64,000 bases of DNA from Minisyncoccia bacterium. Lineage in GTDB: Bacteria; Patescibacteriota; Minisyncoccia; Phycocordibacterales; UBA918. The stretch is taken from positions 1 to 64,000 of the forward strand of contig CAXRCZ010000004.1 in NCBI GenBank assembly GCA_964229335.1. The letters are read 5' to 3'. Position 1 is the stretch's first letter. Every line of letters begins with the position of its first letter. The notes beneath the pieces were generated by a model. It did no database searches and was not told where the DNA came from. It was given only the letters and a program-made list of their open reading frames with translations. The position numbers and the translations under genes were made by a program. This document shows, in pieces, positions 27,440-36,989 of the stretch.

Positions 27440-28801
27440 ATGAGACTCAAAGGAGTTGTGGTATTTGTGCTCGCTATTTTATTGGTGGCACCGCTAGACA
27501 GTTTTGCAGAAACTGAGGCTGAGCGTCGTAGTCGTTTGGAGTCAGAGCTACAGACCGTGGAGCGACAGATTTTGACGCAGCAGCGACTCTTGGAAGACAA
27601 GCGCAGCGAGCGTCAGTCGCTAGAGCGTGACATCTCAATTATTGAAGGAGAAATCAAGCAGGCTCAACTAGGGATTCAAGCTCGCAATGTAGCTATTGCA
27701 CAATTGTCAGATGAAATCGGTGAAAAAGAAGTAGTAGTAGAGATTTTGGAGGAGAAACAAACCAAACACAAACAATCTCTTGCCGACTTAATCCGCAAGT
27801 CAGCCGTGATTGATGATTACTCACTAGTAGAGGTGATGTTGAGTCACGACAATTTCTCTGATTTCTTTACCGATGTGGCGGTGTACCAAGACTTAAAAGA
27901 ATCACTAGGTGAATCATTAGAAGTATTGCGTGGGATTCGGCGAGATACCCTACAAGAAAAAGATGAGCTTGAGATTGAACAGCAAACTGAGGCGGAGATG
28001 AGATTGATTCAAGAGTTAGAAAAAGAAAAGATTGAAGCCAAAGAAGCCGAGAAAGAACAAATCTTATCTGTCACCAAGGGTGAAGAAGCTGAATACCAAA
28101 GAATTCTCGCCGCCCAACAACAAACTGCAGCGGAATTGCGCAGCGCTCTCTTCGAGTTGCTTGGTGGTAGTGGCGGCATCTCTTTGCCGCAAGCAGTTGA
28201 GTTAGCTAAATACGCGTCAGGTAAAACCGGAGTTGATACGGCGTTGATTTTGGCCATTCTCGAACAAGAGACCAATATTGGTAAAAATCTTGGTAGTTGT
28301 GTCTTTACTGACCAGCGTAGCGACCGGCCAGTAATGCACCCAACACGTGATGAGCCAGTGTATCTGGCAATTGCTGCTAACTTAGGATTTGATGCGTACA
28401 CCCAAAAAGTATCTTGTCCGCTTTACCAAGGAGGTTCGCGAGTTGGTTGGGGAGGGGCGATGGGGCCGTCGCAATTTATTCCATCAACCTGGGCGATGTA
28501 TGGCGGTATGGTTAGTAGTGGTTCAGGCTGGGTGTATAGTCAATCCAATGACCGTATCCGTGCTATTAATGGTGGCGCTGCTGCTAACCCGTTCAATAAT
28601 CGAGATGCATTCTTGGCGACCGCACTCTTGCTGCGTGACAATGGCGCCAATGGTACGTATGCCGGAGATCGTTTAGCAGCTTTGCGCTACTATGCTGGTT
28701 GGGGAGGGGCGAGTAATCCAGCCAATGCGTTTTACGGAGATCAGGTGATGAATCGTAAGGCTAAGTTTGAGGGACAAATTAGAATCCTTGACGGCTCCTA
28801 A
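27440..28801 (+). CDS. Secreted coiled-coil protein with C-terminal lytic transglycosylase-like domain
   Basis: Signal peptide, long coiled coil, AILEQETN.G and GAMGPSQFIPSTW motifs, ALRYY. Confidence 0.8.
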   Translation: MRLKGVVVFVLAILLVAPLDSFAETEAERRSRLESELQTVERQILTQQRLLEDKRSERQSLERDISIIEGEIKQAQLGIQARNVAIAQLSDEIGEKEVVVEILEEKQTKHKQSLADLIRKSAVIDDYSLVEVMLSHDNFSDFFTDVAVYQDLKESLGESLEVLRGIRRDTLQEKDELEIEQQTEAEMRLIQELEKEKIEAKEAEKEQILSVTKGEEAEYQRILAAQQQTAAELRSALFELLGGSGGISLPQAVELAKYASGKTGVDTALILAILEQETNIGKNLGSCVFTDQRSDRPVMHPTRDEPVYLAIAANLGFDAYTQKVSCPLYQGGSRVGWGGAMGPSQFIPSTWAMYGGMVSSGSGWVYSQSNDRIRAINGGAAANPFNNRDAFLATALLLRDNGANGTYAGDRLAALRYYAGWGGASNPANAFYGDQVMNRKAKFEGQIRILDGS

Positions 28802-28922
28802 ACTCCTAAAATTAGTCCTGAACATCGTCACTACAAAATTTTATTCGGTCAATGTATCGTTCAATACAGCTCTCTCACAAAATTTTTAGGTTCCTCGCTC
28901 AGACTCTAATTTTAGGAGTTTA
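28799..28922. repeat. Dispersed intergenic hairpin, family B
   Basis: Arms taaactcctaaaattag/ctaattttaggagttta starting at the stop codon; core TCGGTCAATGTA..TACAGCT. Confidence 0.7.
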
Positions 28923-29031
28923 AGCTATTGAGATAGTTGCGGAATTCGTGGCTTCTGTTATAGTTTTGCGCACAAACAAGTAGGTGGCCACCTTATCATA
29001 TCCTTTGTGGTTCGCCGAAGTATTTGAGGTT

Positions 29032-29292
29032 ATGAAAAAAGACATTCATCCGGAAGATTATCGACTTGTTATCTTTAAAGACACCACTAGTGGTGAGCGA
29101 GTTTTGGTTGGTTCAACCATTAAGACTGACGCTACCGATAAATGGACCGACGGCAAAGAATATCCACTTGCTACCGTAGATGTTTCTAGTGCGTCTCATC
29201 CTTTCTATACTGGACAAGAACGAACTATGGACACAGCTGGTCGAGTTGAGCGCTTTAAAGCTCGTCAAGCTAAAGCAAAAGGCAAAAAATAG
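29032..29292 (+). CDS. rpmE: 50S ribosomal protein L31 type B
   Basis: [31 protein letters not shown]; no Zn-binding Cys. Confidence 0.95.
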   Translation: MKKDIHPEDYRLVIFKDTTSGERVLVGSTIKTDATDKWTDGKEYPLATVDVSSASHPFYTGQERTMDTAGRVERFKARQAKAKGKK

Positions 29293-29309
29293 CTTTTTTC
29301 TTTCAAAAT

Positions 29310-29349
29310 AAAATCACTGCTTTAATGCATGCATTAAAGCAGTGATTTT
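29310..29349. terminator. 40-bp perfect palindrome, probable terminator
   Basis: aaaatcactgctttaatgca|tgcattaaagcagtgatttt. Confidence 0.75.
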
Positions 29350-29395
29350 TCTAAGTGTTCAATTTGTGCCAAAAATAGCGTAGTATACCCAACAC

Positions 29396-30337
29396 ATGAC
29401 ATTTGATGAAGAAAAACTAACTAACTTTCGAGACAATCAAAAGACGCAGTTTATTGCGAGCCAGTTTGATGCGCTAGTCGTTCAAAAAGAAGAAGCACAG
29501 GCACTAGCAGACAGCGACCCAGATATGGCCGAACTAGCCGAGGATGATATCGCCAATCTCGATTTACAGCTGCAGACTCTCTTTACTCAAATGGATGAAA
29601 TTATTGAATCAAGTAAAGAGGAGGAGGAAAAACCGTACGGCGTGGTGTTGGAAGTGCGGGCTGGAGCCGGAGGAGACGAGGCGTCGTTATTTGCAGCAGA
29701 GTTGGCTCAGATGTATGTGGCATATGCAGAGAATAATGGCTGGCCGGTCAGTAAGGAGAGTGAACTCGAGTACGAAATCACTCATCCGGCAGCTTATGAA
29801 CACCTGCGTCACGAAACTGGGGTTCATAGAGTACAGCGCATACCAGTTACCGAAAAAGCTGGTCGCATTCATACCTCCACGGCATCGGTGGCAATATTGC
29901 CGATGCGTAAAAAACCAACCATCGAAATAAATCCTAGTGATATCCAAATGGAATTTTCACGTTCTGGTGGGGCAGGTGGTCAAAACGTAAACAAGGTAGA
30001 GACAGCTGTGCGGTTAGTCCATACCCCAACCGGTGTTGAAGTGCGTAGTCAGTCAGAACGCTCACAGCTAAAAAACCGCGAAAAGGCCATGAGTATTTTG
30101 ACTGCTAAATTAGAGGCGCTGCACGAAGAAGAAGAAGCAAAAAAGCACGCCAGCGAGCGGAAAGGGCAAATTGGTACTGGTGATCGTTCTGAAAAAATTC
30201 GTACCTATAATTTCCCACAAGACAGAATCACTGATCACCGTATTAAAGAATCTTGGTCAAATATTGAAAAAATAATGGGCGGCGACATCGCTGGTATTGT
30301 AAAAGCGCTGCAAACTGCTAGTGAAGGAGTCGAGTAA
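29396..30337 (+). CDS. prfA: Peptide chain release factor 1
   Basis: [23 protein letters not shown] (PxT), [30 protein letters not shown]. Confidence 0.93.
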   Translation: MTFDEEKLTNFRDNQKTQFIASQFDALVVQKEEAQALADSDPDMAELAEDDIANLDLQLQTLFTQMDEIIESSKEEEEKPYGVVLEVRAGAGGDEASLFAAELAQMYVAYAENNGWPVSKESELEYEITHPAAYEHLRHETGVHRVQRIPVTEKAGRIHTSTASVAILPMRKKPTIEINPSDIQMEFSRSGGAGGQNVNKVETAVRLVHTPTGVEVRSQSERSQLKNREKAMSILTAKLEALHEEEEAKKHASERKGQIGTGDRSEKIRTYNFPQDRITDHRIKESWSNIEKIMGGDIAGIVKALQTASEGVE

Positions 30338-30340
30338 ATC

Positions 30341-30422
30341 ACAGCAGCTAGTAGACACTCCTCAACGTCCTCGCTCGTACTATTTCGCTGCGAATGTCTC
30401 ACAGTGGCCACTAGCTACCTGT
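30341..30422 (+). repeat. Dispersed intergenic hairpin, family A copy 2
   Basis: Core CTCAACGTCCTCGCT..TCGCTGCGAATGT; arms acagcagctagtagacact/agtggccactagctacctgt. Confidence 0.8.
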
Positions 30423-30598
30423 CAATCTGAGCCTGCCAGCACTATTGCACAATAAAAATCGCTGTGTTACCATCGTGCCGCTAAGCGTCACACGCTTTTA
30501 GGGCTCAGACTGACACACAGTTTCATTGTCCAGGAATGCATTATCACTAACCAGTATTCCGGCACAATAGCTCCATAAATGGGTCCGCAATTAATATT

Positions 30599-31357
30599 AT
30601 GTCAACAACACAAAACGATAATTCAACTTTAATTCAACGGTTATTTAGCGCTGGAGCGCACTTTGGCTTTCGCAAGAGTCGCCGACATCCAAGTGTGATA
30701 CCGTATCTATTTACTACTAAAGAAGGTATCGATATCTTCGATCTCGAAAAGACCACCACTTCTTTAGCTGAAGCTAAAGAAACCCTTACTCAAATGGGTA
30801 AAAGCGGTAAAACCGTACTATTTGTCGGTACCAAAGACGAGTCTTCTGTCTTGGTTAAAAAAGCTGCCGAGGAAGCGGAAGCCCCATATGTGGTCAATCG
30901 GTGGATTGGAGGAATGCTTACCAACTTTACCGAAATTAAAAAACGAATTACCCGTCTGGAATCTCTAGTACACGAGCGTGAATCAGGTGAACTAGAACGC
31001 AAGTACACCAAAAAGGAACGAGTTTTGATTGGGCGAGAAATTGATAAGTTGACGTTTAACTTTGGTGGTATCAAAGATATGAACAAGATGCCAGACCTTA
31101 TGCTGGTAGTTGACCCTCGGTATGACCACATTGCCGTTACAGAAGCGACTGACAAAAATATTCCGGTCATGGCAATCATGGGTTCAGACTGTGATGCTAG
31201 TAATATCAAATATCCAGTAGTAGCCAACGACTCACTACAAACCAGTGTCGGACTACTCCTAAAAGAACTTACCACTGCGTATACTGAAGGGAAGGCAGCG
31301 TATGTTCCGCGAGTTAGTGACGATGCAAAACCAACCAATCGCGCCGCGCGCAGCTAG
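30599..31357 (+). CDS. rpsB: 30S ribosomal protein S2
   Basis: AGAHFG, VLFVGTK, RWIGGMLTNF, GGIKDM..PD, ANDS. Confidence 0.96.
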   Translation: MSTTQNDNSTLIQRLFSAGAHFGFRKSRRHPSVIPYLFTTKEGIDIFDLEKTTTSLAEAKETLTQMGKSGKTVLFVGTKDESSVLVKKAAEEAEAPYVVNRWIGGMLTNFTEIKKRITRLESLVHERESGELERKYTKKERVLIGREIDKLTFNFGGIKDMNKMPDLMLVVDPRYDHIAVTEATDKNIPVMAIMGSDCDASNIKYPVVANDSLQTSVGLLLKELTTAYTEGKAAYVPRVSDDAKPTNRAARS

Positions 31358-31402
31358 TCGCTCAAGCGATTATTTATTGTGAATTAGTTATTTAAATTTA
31401 GT

Positions 31403-31987
31403 ATGGAAATCACTTCAGCACAAATCAAAGAGTTACGAGACAAGACTGGTATTTCAGTCATGCAGTGCAAAAAAGCGCTTGAAGAAGCTGGTGGTGACAT
31501 GGACAAAGCTGTCATCATTCTAAAAAAGAAACGAAGCGAAGCGGCTGACAAAAAAGCGGATAGAGAAATCGGTGCTGGAGCAGTTGGTTCATACCTACAC
31601 AATACAAACGAAGTAGCAGCTCTTGTGTTGTTGGGTTGTGAGACTGACTTCGTGGCTAAAAACCCAGAATTTATTACTTTGGCGAAAGACATCGCCATGC
31701 ACGTGGCTGCCTCAAATCCAGCCTTCATTCGACGAGAGGAGGTGCCCGAAGAAGCAATCAACAAAGCCAAAGAAGTATTTGCAGGAGAAGTGGCTGACAA
31801 ACCAGCAGATATGCAAGAAAAAATCATGGAAGGAAAATTGAGCTCATACTTTAAAGAGCAAATTCTCCTTGAACAAGATTTTATTAAGAACCCTGACACC
31901 ACCATTGGAGAGATGGTTACTGGCGCAGTGCAGAAATTCGGTGAAAACGTGACAGTTGAAAAGATTGCGCGAGTGTCGGTAAAATAA
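31403..31987 (+). CDS. tsf: Elongation factor Ts (short form)
   Basis: IKELRDKTG.SVMQCKKAL, CETDFVA, IAMHVAA, LLEQDFIK. Confidence 0.96.
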   Translation: MEITSAQIKELRDKTGISVMQCKKALEEAGGDMDKAVIILKKKRSEAADKKADREIGAGAVGSYLHNTNEVAALVLLGCETDFVAKNPEFITLAKDIAMHVAASNPAFIRREEVPEEAINKAKEVFAGEVADKPADMQEKIMEGKLSSYFKEQILLEQDFIKNPDTTIGEMVTGAVQKFGENVTVEKIARVSVK

Positions 31988-31991
31988 CGTA

Positions 31992-32438
31992 ATGGAAGGT
32001 ATTGCACTGATTGTATTTGCAGTGGCGACCCTTATGTACGTCGCTTTATATGTCATTGTCAGTCGCGAACTGGTGTCCGGCGAGCGTCTCGTAGCAGCCA
32101 ACTTCCGCGGTCGCCTGGACAGCCTTCTAGAGCGTTTTCAAAAAAAGGTAGCTGAGCTTATACATGACTTCACCGAATATGTGGTGAAGCTGGGCTGGTA
32201 CTATAGTGTCCATTCATTTTTGCGAACGGTAATGCAATTTTTGGTGAACGCGTATGAATTCTTCGAGCATAAATTCGAGCAAAACCACTCCCGAGCTGAA
32301 GTATTAAAATCTCGGCGTAAGGAACGACAGACAGAAAAGAGTACCCACTTGGCAGAGATGGCAACGCATAAAGAGTCTGTTGCACTCTCTCCAGAACAGC
32401 AAGCAGAGTTACGGCAAAGAAAATTAGAAGAAGACTAG
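31992..32438 (+). CDS. Hypothetical membrane-anchored protein
   Basis: N-terminal TM then helical region; starts 4 nt after tsf. Confidence 0.65.
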   Translation: MEGIALIVFAVATLMYVALYVIVSRELVSGERLVAANFRGRLDSLLERFQKKVAELIHDFTEYVVKLGWYYSVHSFLRTVMQFLVNAYEFFEHKFEQNHSRAEVLKSRRKERQTEKSTHLAEMATHKESVALSPEQQAELRQRKLEED

Positions 32439-32514
32439 AAAAAATATCTGTAGTTTGGTAGTATTTGCCGCGATACATATTGTTTGAAATAATCAGTAGT
32501 CTGTAAAAAGCTGT

Positions 32515-32577
32515 GAGCCACCTTAGCTCAGTTGGTAGAGGTGAGAAAGTCTGGGAGACGTTCGAACGATTTGTAAC
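32515..32577 (+). pseudogene. tRNA 5'-half remnant
   Basis: gagccaccttagctcagttggtagag matches 32600-32625 at 25/26 nt; followed by gttcgaa and gatttgtaac fragments. Confidence 0.55.
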
Positions 32578-32601
32578 AGATAAGGAGATTAAATTTTTTG
32601 A

Positions 32602-32674
32602 GCCAGCTTAGCTCAGTTGGTAGAGCAACGGATTTGTAACCCGTAGGTCATCAGTTCGAATCTGATAGCTGGCT
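32602..32674 (+). tRNA. tRNA-Thr(UGU)
   Basis: Acceptor GCCAGCT/AGCTGGC; D arm GCTC-AGTTGGTA-GAGC; anticodon loop TTTGTAA; T arm with GTTCGAA; CCA not encoded. Confidence 0.92.
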
Positions 32675-32813
32675 CAAAAAATTGAATCTGATATCTAGCT
32701 CACTGTAAAAGTGTCCTTTAGGGCACTTTCATTTTGGCTTCGTAATATAGCGAAGTGGGGCAGTTTATAGTCTTTATTTCAAGCACAAAACACGCTATAC
32801 TCGACAAAACAAC

Positions 32814-34376
32814 ATGAGCGATATAGACAAAAATAACTTGCTGCCATATGCTCGGCGTTCAGATTTTAAAGTCGGAAGAGCCAGCGAGTTACAAAATAAA
32901 AGTGACCGAAAACTTTACCGATTTTTGGAGATAATTCCAGGAGCGCTTTCTTGGATTATTTTGATTGGTATAGTGCTAGCATCAATTTACACTCCTTTCA
33001 TTGCTGCTTACTTTATTATCGCTTTCTCGATTTATTGGGTGTTAAAGACTATTTTTCTTTCTTACCACGTACGCTATAACTGGAAGCGTTTACGTCATCA
33101 CTTGGAATTGGATTGGTTGGCTATCTTGAGTAAATACACATACGACCGTTTTTATCACTTGGTAATCCTGCCATTTTATGAAGAGCCGGAAGAGGTGCTC
33201 GAAGGGGCTATGCAAGGCTTGTTGGCAGCAAAGTATGACCCGCAGAAGTTAATTGTAGTACTGGCGGCAGAAGAGCGAGCCGGGAGCGAAGCGGTAAGAC
33301 TGGCACAGCTAATGGAAGAGAAGTACGCTCATAAGTTTGGACACTTTCTAGTCGCAGTTCACCCAGCTGATGTTCCGGGAGAAATAGCTGGTAAAGGTTC
33401 AAACACCCACCATGCGCTACATGAAGTACGCAACCGAATAATTGATCCGAATCAAATTGAGTACAAAAATATCATCACCTCTATTTTTGATATCGACACG
33501 GTTATTTACCCAGACTACTTCAACTGTTTGGTATGGCATTTCCTTAAAGCAGAACGTCCTTACAAGAGCGCCTTTCAACCAGTTCCGCTCTTTACCAACA
33601 ATCTTTGGGAAGCACCGGCAGTATCTAGAGTTATGGCGATGAGCAGTACTTTCTGGCAGATGATTATGCAAGAGCGGCCAGATCGTTCGGCGACGTTTTC
33701 TTCACACTCAGTGAGCTTCCAAGCGTTATATGAAATCGGCTACGGGCAAGCCAACGTTGTGAGTGAAGACTCACGTATCTATTGGAATCTGCTCATTGCT
33801 AATGATGGAGAGTTTGATATTGTGCCACTTTCTTATCCAATTGCTATGGATGCGACAGTGGCCCCGACCCTGCGCGGTACAATAAAAAACATCTACAAAC
33901 AGCACCGCCGCTGGACGTACGGAGTAGAGAATTGGTGTTACCTCACTTACCACTTCATCAAGAATAAAAACATCCCACTTAAGAAACGATGGTCAATTGG
34001 ATTTTTGCAAGGGGAAGGATACTCTTCGTTAGTGACGAACCCAATCATGCTATTTATCCTTGGTTGGGCACCAATATTCTTAGGTACTCGCGAATTCCAC
34101 GAAACGGTACTATCGTATGAATTACCCCTCATGGTCCGTAACTTACTAATATTTGCGATGGTGGGACTGGTTATTTCAGCCATTATTTCATTATCACTGA
34201 CACCACCGCGACCAAAACATAAATCTCGTTTTACCTACCTCGTGATGGCCTTGCAGTGGATAATGGTGCCAATCACCATGATTATCTTCAGTGCGCTACC
34301 AGGACTTGATGCCCAAACCAGATTGATGCTTGGTAAATACATGGGCTTCTGGGTGACGCCTAAGCGAGTTAAGTAG
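32814..34376 (+). CDS. Membrane-bound family 2 glycosyltransferase
   Basis: ILPFYEE, GKGSN, FDIDT (DxD), SEDS, QHRRW (QxxRW); multiple TM helices. Confidence 0.85.
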   Translation: MSDIDKNNLLPYARRSDFKVGRASELQNKSDRKLYRFLEIIPGALSWIILIGIVLASIYTPFIAAYFIIAFSIYWVLKTIFLSYHVRYNWKRLRHHLELDWLAILSKYTYDRFYHLVILPFYEEPEEVLEGAMQGLLAAKYDPQKLIVVLAAEERAGSEAVRLAQLMEEKYAHKFGHFLVAVHPADVPGEIAGKGSNTHHALHEVRNRIIDPNQIEYKNIITSIFDIDTVIYPDYFNCLVWHFLKAERPYKSAFQPVPLFTNNLWEAPAVSRVMAMSSTFWQMIMQERPDRSATFSSHSVSFQALYEIGYGQANVVSEDSRIYWNLLIANDGEFDIVPLSYPIAMDATVAPTLRGTIKNIYKQHRRWTYGVENWCYLTYHFIKNKNIPLKKRWSIGFLQGEGYSSLVTNPIMLFILGWAPIFLGTREFHETVLSYELPLMVRNLLIFAMVGLVISAIISLSLTPPRPKHKSRFTYLVMALQWIMVPITMIIFSALPGLDAQTRLMLGKYMGFWVTPKRVK

Positions 34377-34434
34377 CTGCAGTCAATTATATTTTCACTG
34401 TTACTACGGTGTTATAGTTAAGACAACCACTTCC

Positions 34435-35589
34435 ATGCCAACTGAACCTCAAATACAGATGCTTTCATACAAGAATCGCAGTCGCTTCTTCAAGCTGCTT
34501 TTGTTAGCATTTATTATCTTGTTGCCAGTATTTATTTTTTATACTTCTGGATATCGACTGGCTTTTGAAGATGATGGTGCAACACTAGTAACTACTGGTG
34601 GGTTATATGTTAGTACCAACGAGCAAGAATTAGCGGTATTTATTGATGAGCAGCAAGTGGAGCGACCGCGCCTATTTCGTTCTGCTTACTACATTCAAAA
34701 TATTGATACCGGACAACACAGGGTAGTGGTGCAGGGGGATGGAGTACATACCTGGGTCAAAGAGTTACCAGTAGACGCCTACATCGTAACCGAAGCAGCG
34801 GCCTTTAATATGCCGTTAGAACCACAAATACGTTTTATTACGAGATACAGTACTCCAGATGGAGCCAGTGTATTACAGGCATCAGTTGGTGAAAATCCTC
34901 TACGCAAAGCCACTACTACCGCTCCGTATATTGTAGCCACCACCAGTAGTGAGACAGGCTGGGTCTTGAGTGGAGAATATTCTTTTGTAGATAGTTTATT
35001 TAATAATACTGCAGCCAGTAGCACCACCGGCTTCTTTGCTGGTTTTGGGACAACCATAGAGCGTGGGGAATTGACTGATATTACAACAGACGAGCTTGGT
35101 GCTACTAGCACCTCGCTATATCCATATGTGCAAAAAGGTGACATGAGATTGGTTGAAAAAGGAGATGAGCTGCTTGCTTCATGGTACGGGAGAGAAGAGG
35201 TCGTGCCGTATTACTTCTGTGTGACTGGTACTGCCAGCAGCACGATTACTGAGCGGTATGGAGACCACGTCGCTGAACAAATAAAGAATACTGAAGAAAT
35301 GCTAGTCGACCCAGTTTTAATCAACAACAACCGTTTTTGCCGTGAAGAAATAAGAATTGATCGAAAGCAACAGGAGATTCAACAATATGCGTTCTTACCA
35401 GGTAGTACAGACTTGGTTGTTTTGCGCCTAGAAGACGGAGTGTACGTAACTGAGATAGACGATCGAGCCTGGCAAAACACCCAACTAGTGTATCCAGGAA
35501 CTGATTTCATGATGCGAGTGACAGAGGACGCTATTTATATAGAAGAGGACGGGATTTACTTTGAACTAATAACGGAATTAGATAATTAA
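34435..35589 (+). CDS. Membrane-anchored extracellular protein, possibly PEGA-like
   Basis: N-terminal TM, SGYR, TGGLYVST..VFID, HRVVVQ..W.K; Ser/Thr-rich middle. Confidence 0.6.
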   Translation: MPTEPQIQMLSYKNRSRFFKLLLLAFIILLPVFIFYTSGYRLAFEDDGATLVTTGGLYVSTNEQELAVFIDEQQVERPRLFRSAYYIQNIDTGQHRVVVQGDGVHTWVKELPVDAYIVTEAAAFNMPLEPQIRFITRYSTPDGASVLQASVGENPLRKATTTAPYIVATTSSETGWVLSGEYSFVDSLFNNTAASSTTGFFAGFGTTIERGELTDITTDELGATSTSLYPYVQKGDMRLVEKGDELLASWYGREEVVPYYFCVTGTASSTITERYGDHVAEQIKNTEEMLVDPVLINNNRFCREEIRIDRKQQEIQQYAFLPGSTDLVVLRLEDGVYVTEIDDRAWQNTQLVYPGTDFMMRVTEDAIYIEEDGIYFELITELDN

Positions 35590-35595
35590 TTATAT

Positions 35596-35634
35596 AAATA
35601 AATAGGTCTCCGTTTAACGGAGACCTATTTATTT
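35596..35634. terminator. Bidirectional terminator
   Basis: aaataaataggtctccgtt-t-aacggagacctatttattt between convergent genes. Confidence 0.8.
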
Positions 35635-35648
35635 GAGTAATGTTATTT

Positions 35649-36803
35649 CTATCGAACTGTAGCGTCAAACTGCGCCGCAGTTTCCTCTTCGAGTTTTTTA
35701 TGTAGACCCTCAACTTCTTCGCTGGTCAAAGTTCGGTCAATTGAACGATAGGTGATGCGATAAGCGTAGCTCATTTTATCAGCGCCAAATTTTTCGTCAT
35801 TTTCATATTTGTCGATGAGCTCAATTTCTTCTACTAAATCACCTGCAATATCACGTACTAAATCAAAGTAATCGTTTGGTACGAAATCTTTACTCGCAAC
35901 AAAAGAAATGTCACGTGGTGCAGGAGGGAATTTAGACACTTCTTCATAGACTCGACCGAGTTGTAATTGTTTTTTTACTCTTTCATCCTCTGACCACAAG
36001 AGACGGATGTCTGGCAGTGCCATAGAAGCAATGGCCAAACGCTCTACCCCAAAACCAAACGCCCAGCCAGAATATCCTTCGACTCCCATATTTTTGAGGA
36101 CTGATTTTTTCGGCATTCCACCGCCGAGTATTTCTAGCCATTCACCACGTGCTGGTCCCTCGGCTGCAGTGCCTTTGACGTTAATCTCTACCTCAAGAGA
36201 AGGGTCGGTGTATGGGAAAGTGTCTTCATTGAAGCGAATTTTGGTATCTGCACCATAGACGCCTTTGGCTACTTCTGAGAGGGCGTTTTTGAGGTCTTCT
36301 TCTTGGACATTTTCCTCGTCTGGAGCCAGATACCAACCGCCGATTTGGTGGAATATATTCATGTGTCGACTGTCAACCTCGTCTTTACGGTAGACTTTTC
36401 CGTAGCAGAGTGCACCAAATGATTCACCACGAGCGATTCGCTCTTTGATTTCTGGAGAATTGAGATAGTAATACCAAAAGACCGTATCGTGAGTGCGAAG
36501 AATATTAGTATCATCTATGTAGTAGGTATCAGAGCGCGAACGGGCTGGATGGTCTGGAGCAAAATCAAATAAATCAAAAGAGATGCTAGCCGGAACAATT
36601 TCTGGAATATTGATAATATCAAAATCTTTGAATAAAGGTACGTTCTTTACTCGTTCGACAATCTCATGAATCGGGCTGCCAGGGGTACGTGAGAGATCCG
36701 GCATGGCCAGATATTCACGCATTCGTCGAGCTTCTGTGTCTGTCCGTTCTGCTAAAAGTTCACGAAGTCGATTTTCTTCGTCTCGGGGTATGTTTATATC
36801 CAT
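35649..36803 (-). CDS. pheS: Monomeric phenylalanine-tRNA ligase (alpha catalytic domain plus FDX anticodon-binding domain)
   Basis: FD..DHPARSRSDTYY, LRTH, GKVYRKD..D..H..FHQ, FPYTDPSLE, WAFGFGVERLA, DIRLLW, then SKFPPAPRDISF...SYAYRITYRSIDRTLT. Confidence 0.9.
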   Translation of the reverse strand: MDINIPRDEENRLRELLAERTDTEARRMREYLAMPDLSRTPGSPIHEIVERVKNVPLFKDFDIINIPEIVPASISFDLFDFAPDHPARSRSDTYYIDDTNILRTHDTVFWYYYLNSPEIKERIARGESFGALCYGKVYRKDEVDSRHMNIFHQIGGWYLAPDEENVQEEDLKNALSEVAKGVYGADTKIRFNEDTFPYTDPSLEVEINVKGTAAEGPARGEWLEILGGGMPKKSVLKNMGVEGYSGWAFGFGVERLAIASMALPDIRLLWSEDERVKKQLQLGRVYEEVSKFPPAPRDISFVASKDFVPNDYFDLVRDIAGDLVEEIELIDKYENDEKFGADKMSYAYRITYRSIDRTLTSEEVEGLHKKLEEETAAQFDATVR

Positions 36804-36878
36804 ATATTGCTCAGTGTAGAACACTTATGTATTTGGTTCAAGTTTAGTCTGGTTAATCAGAGAAAGCCTAATTTGGCG

Positions 36879-36919
36879 TTAAATCCGGAAAAATTACGCA
36901 GTAATTTTTCCGGATTTAA
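36879..36919. repeat. 19-bp perfect inverted repeat between divergent pheS and gyrB
   Basis: ttaaatccggaaaaattac-gca-gtaatttttccggatttaa. Confidence 0.85.
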
Positions 36920-36989
36920 ATGAGAAATACTGTAGGTAATATGGTAAAATTATCCTTAATTAACAAATATATTTTCTAATTCACTCAGC

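Noticed and set aside
30440-30598. Canonical rpsB (S2) leader RNA
   Set aside because: A leader with some stems is plausible, but I could not match the consensus confidently.
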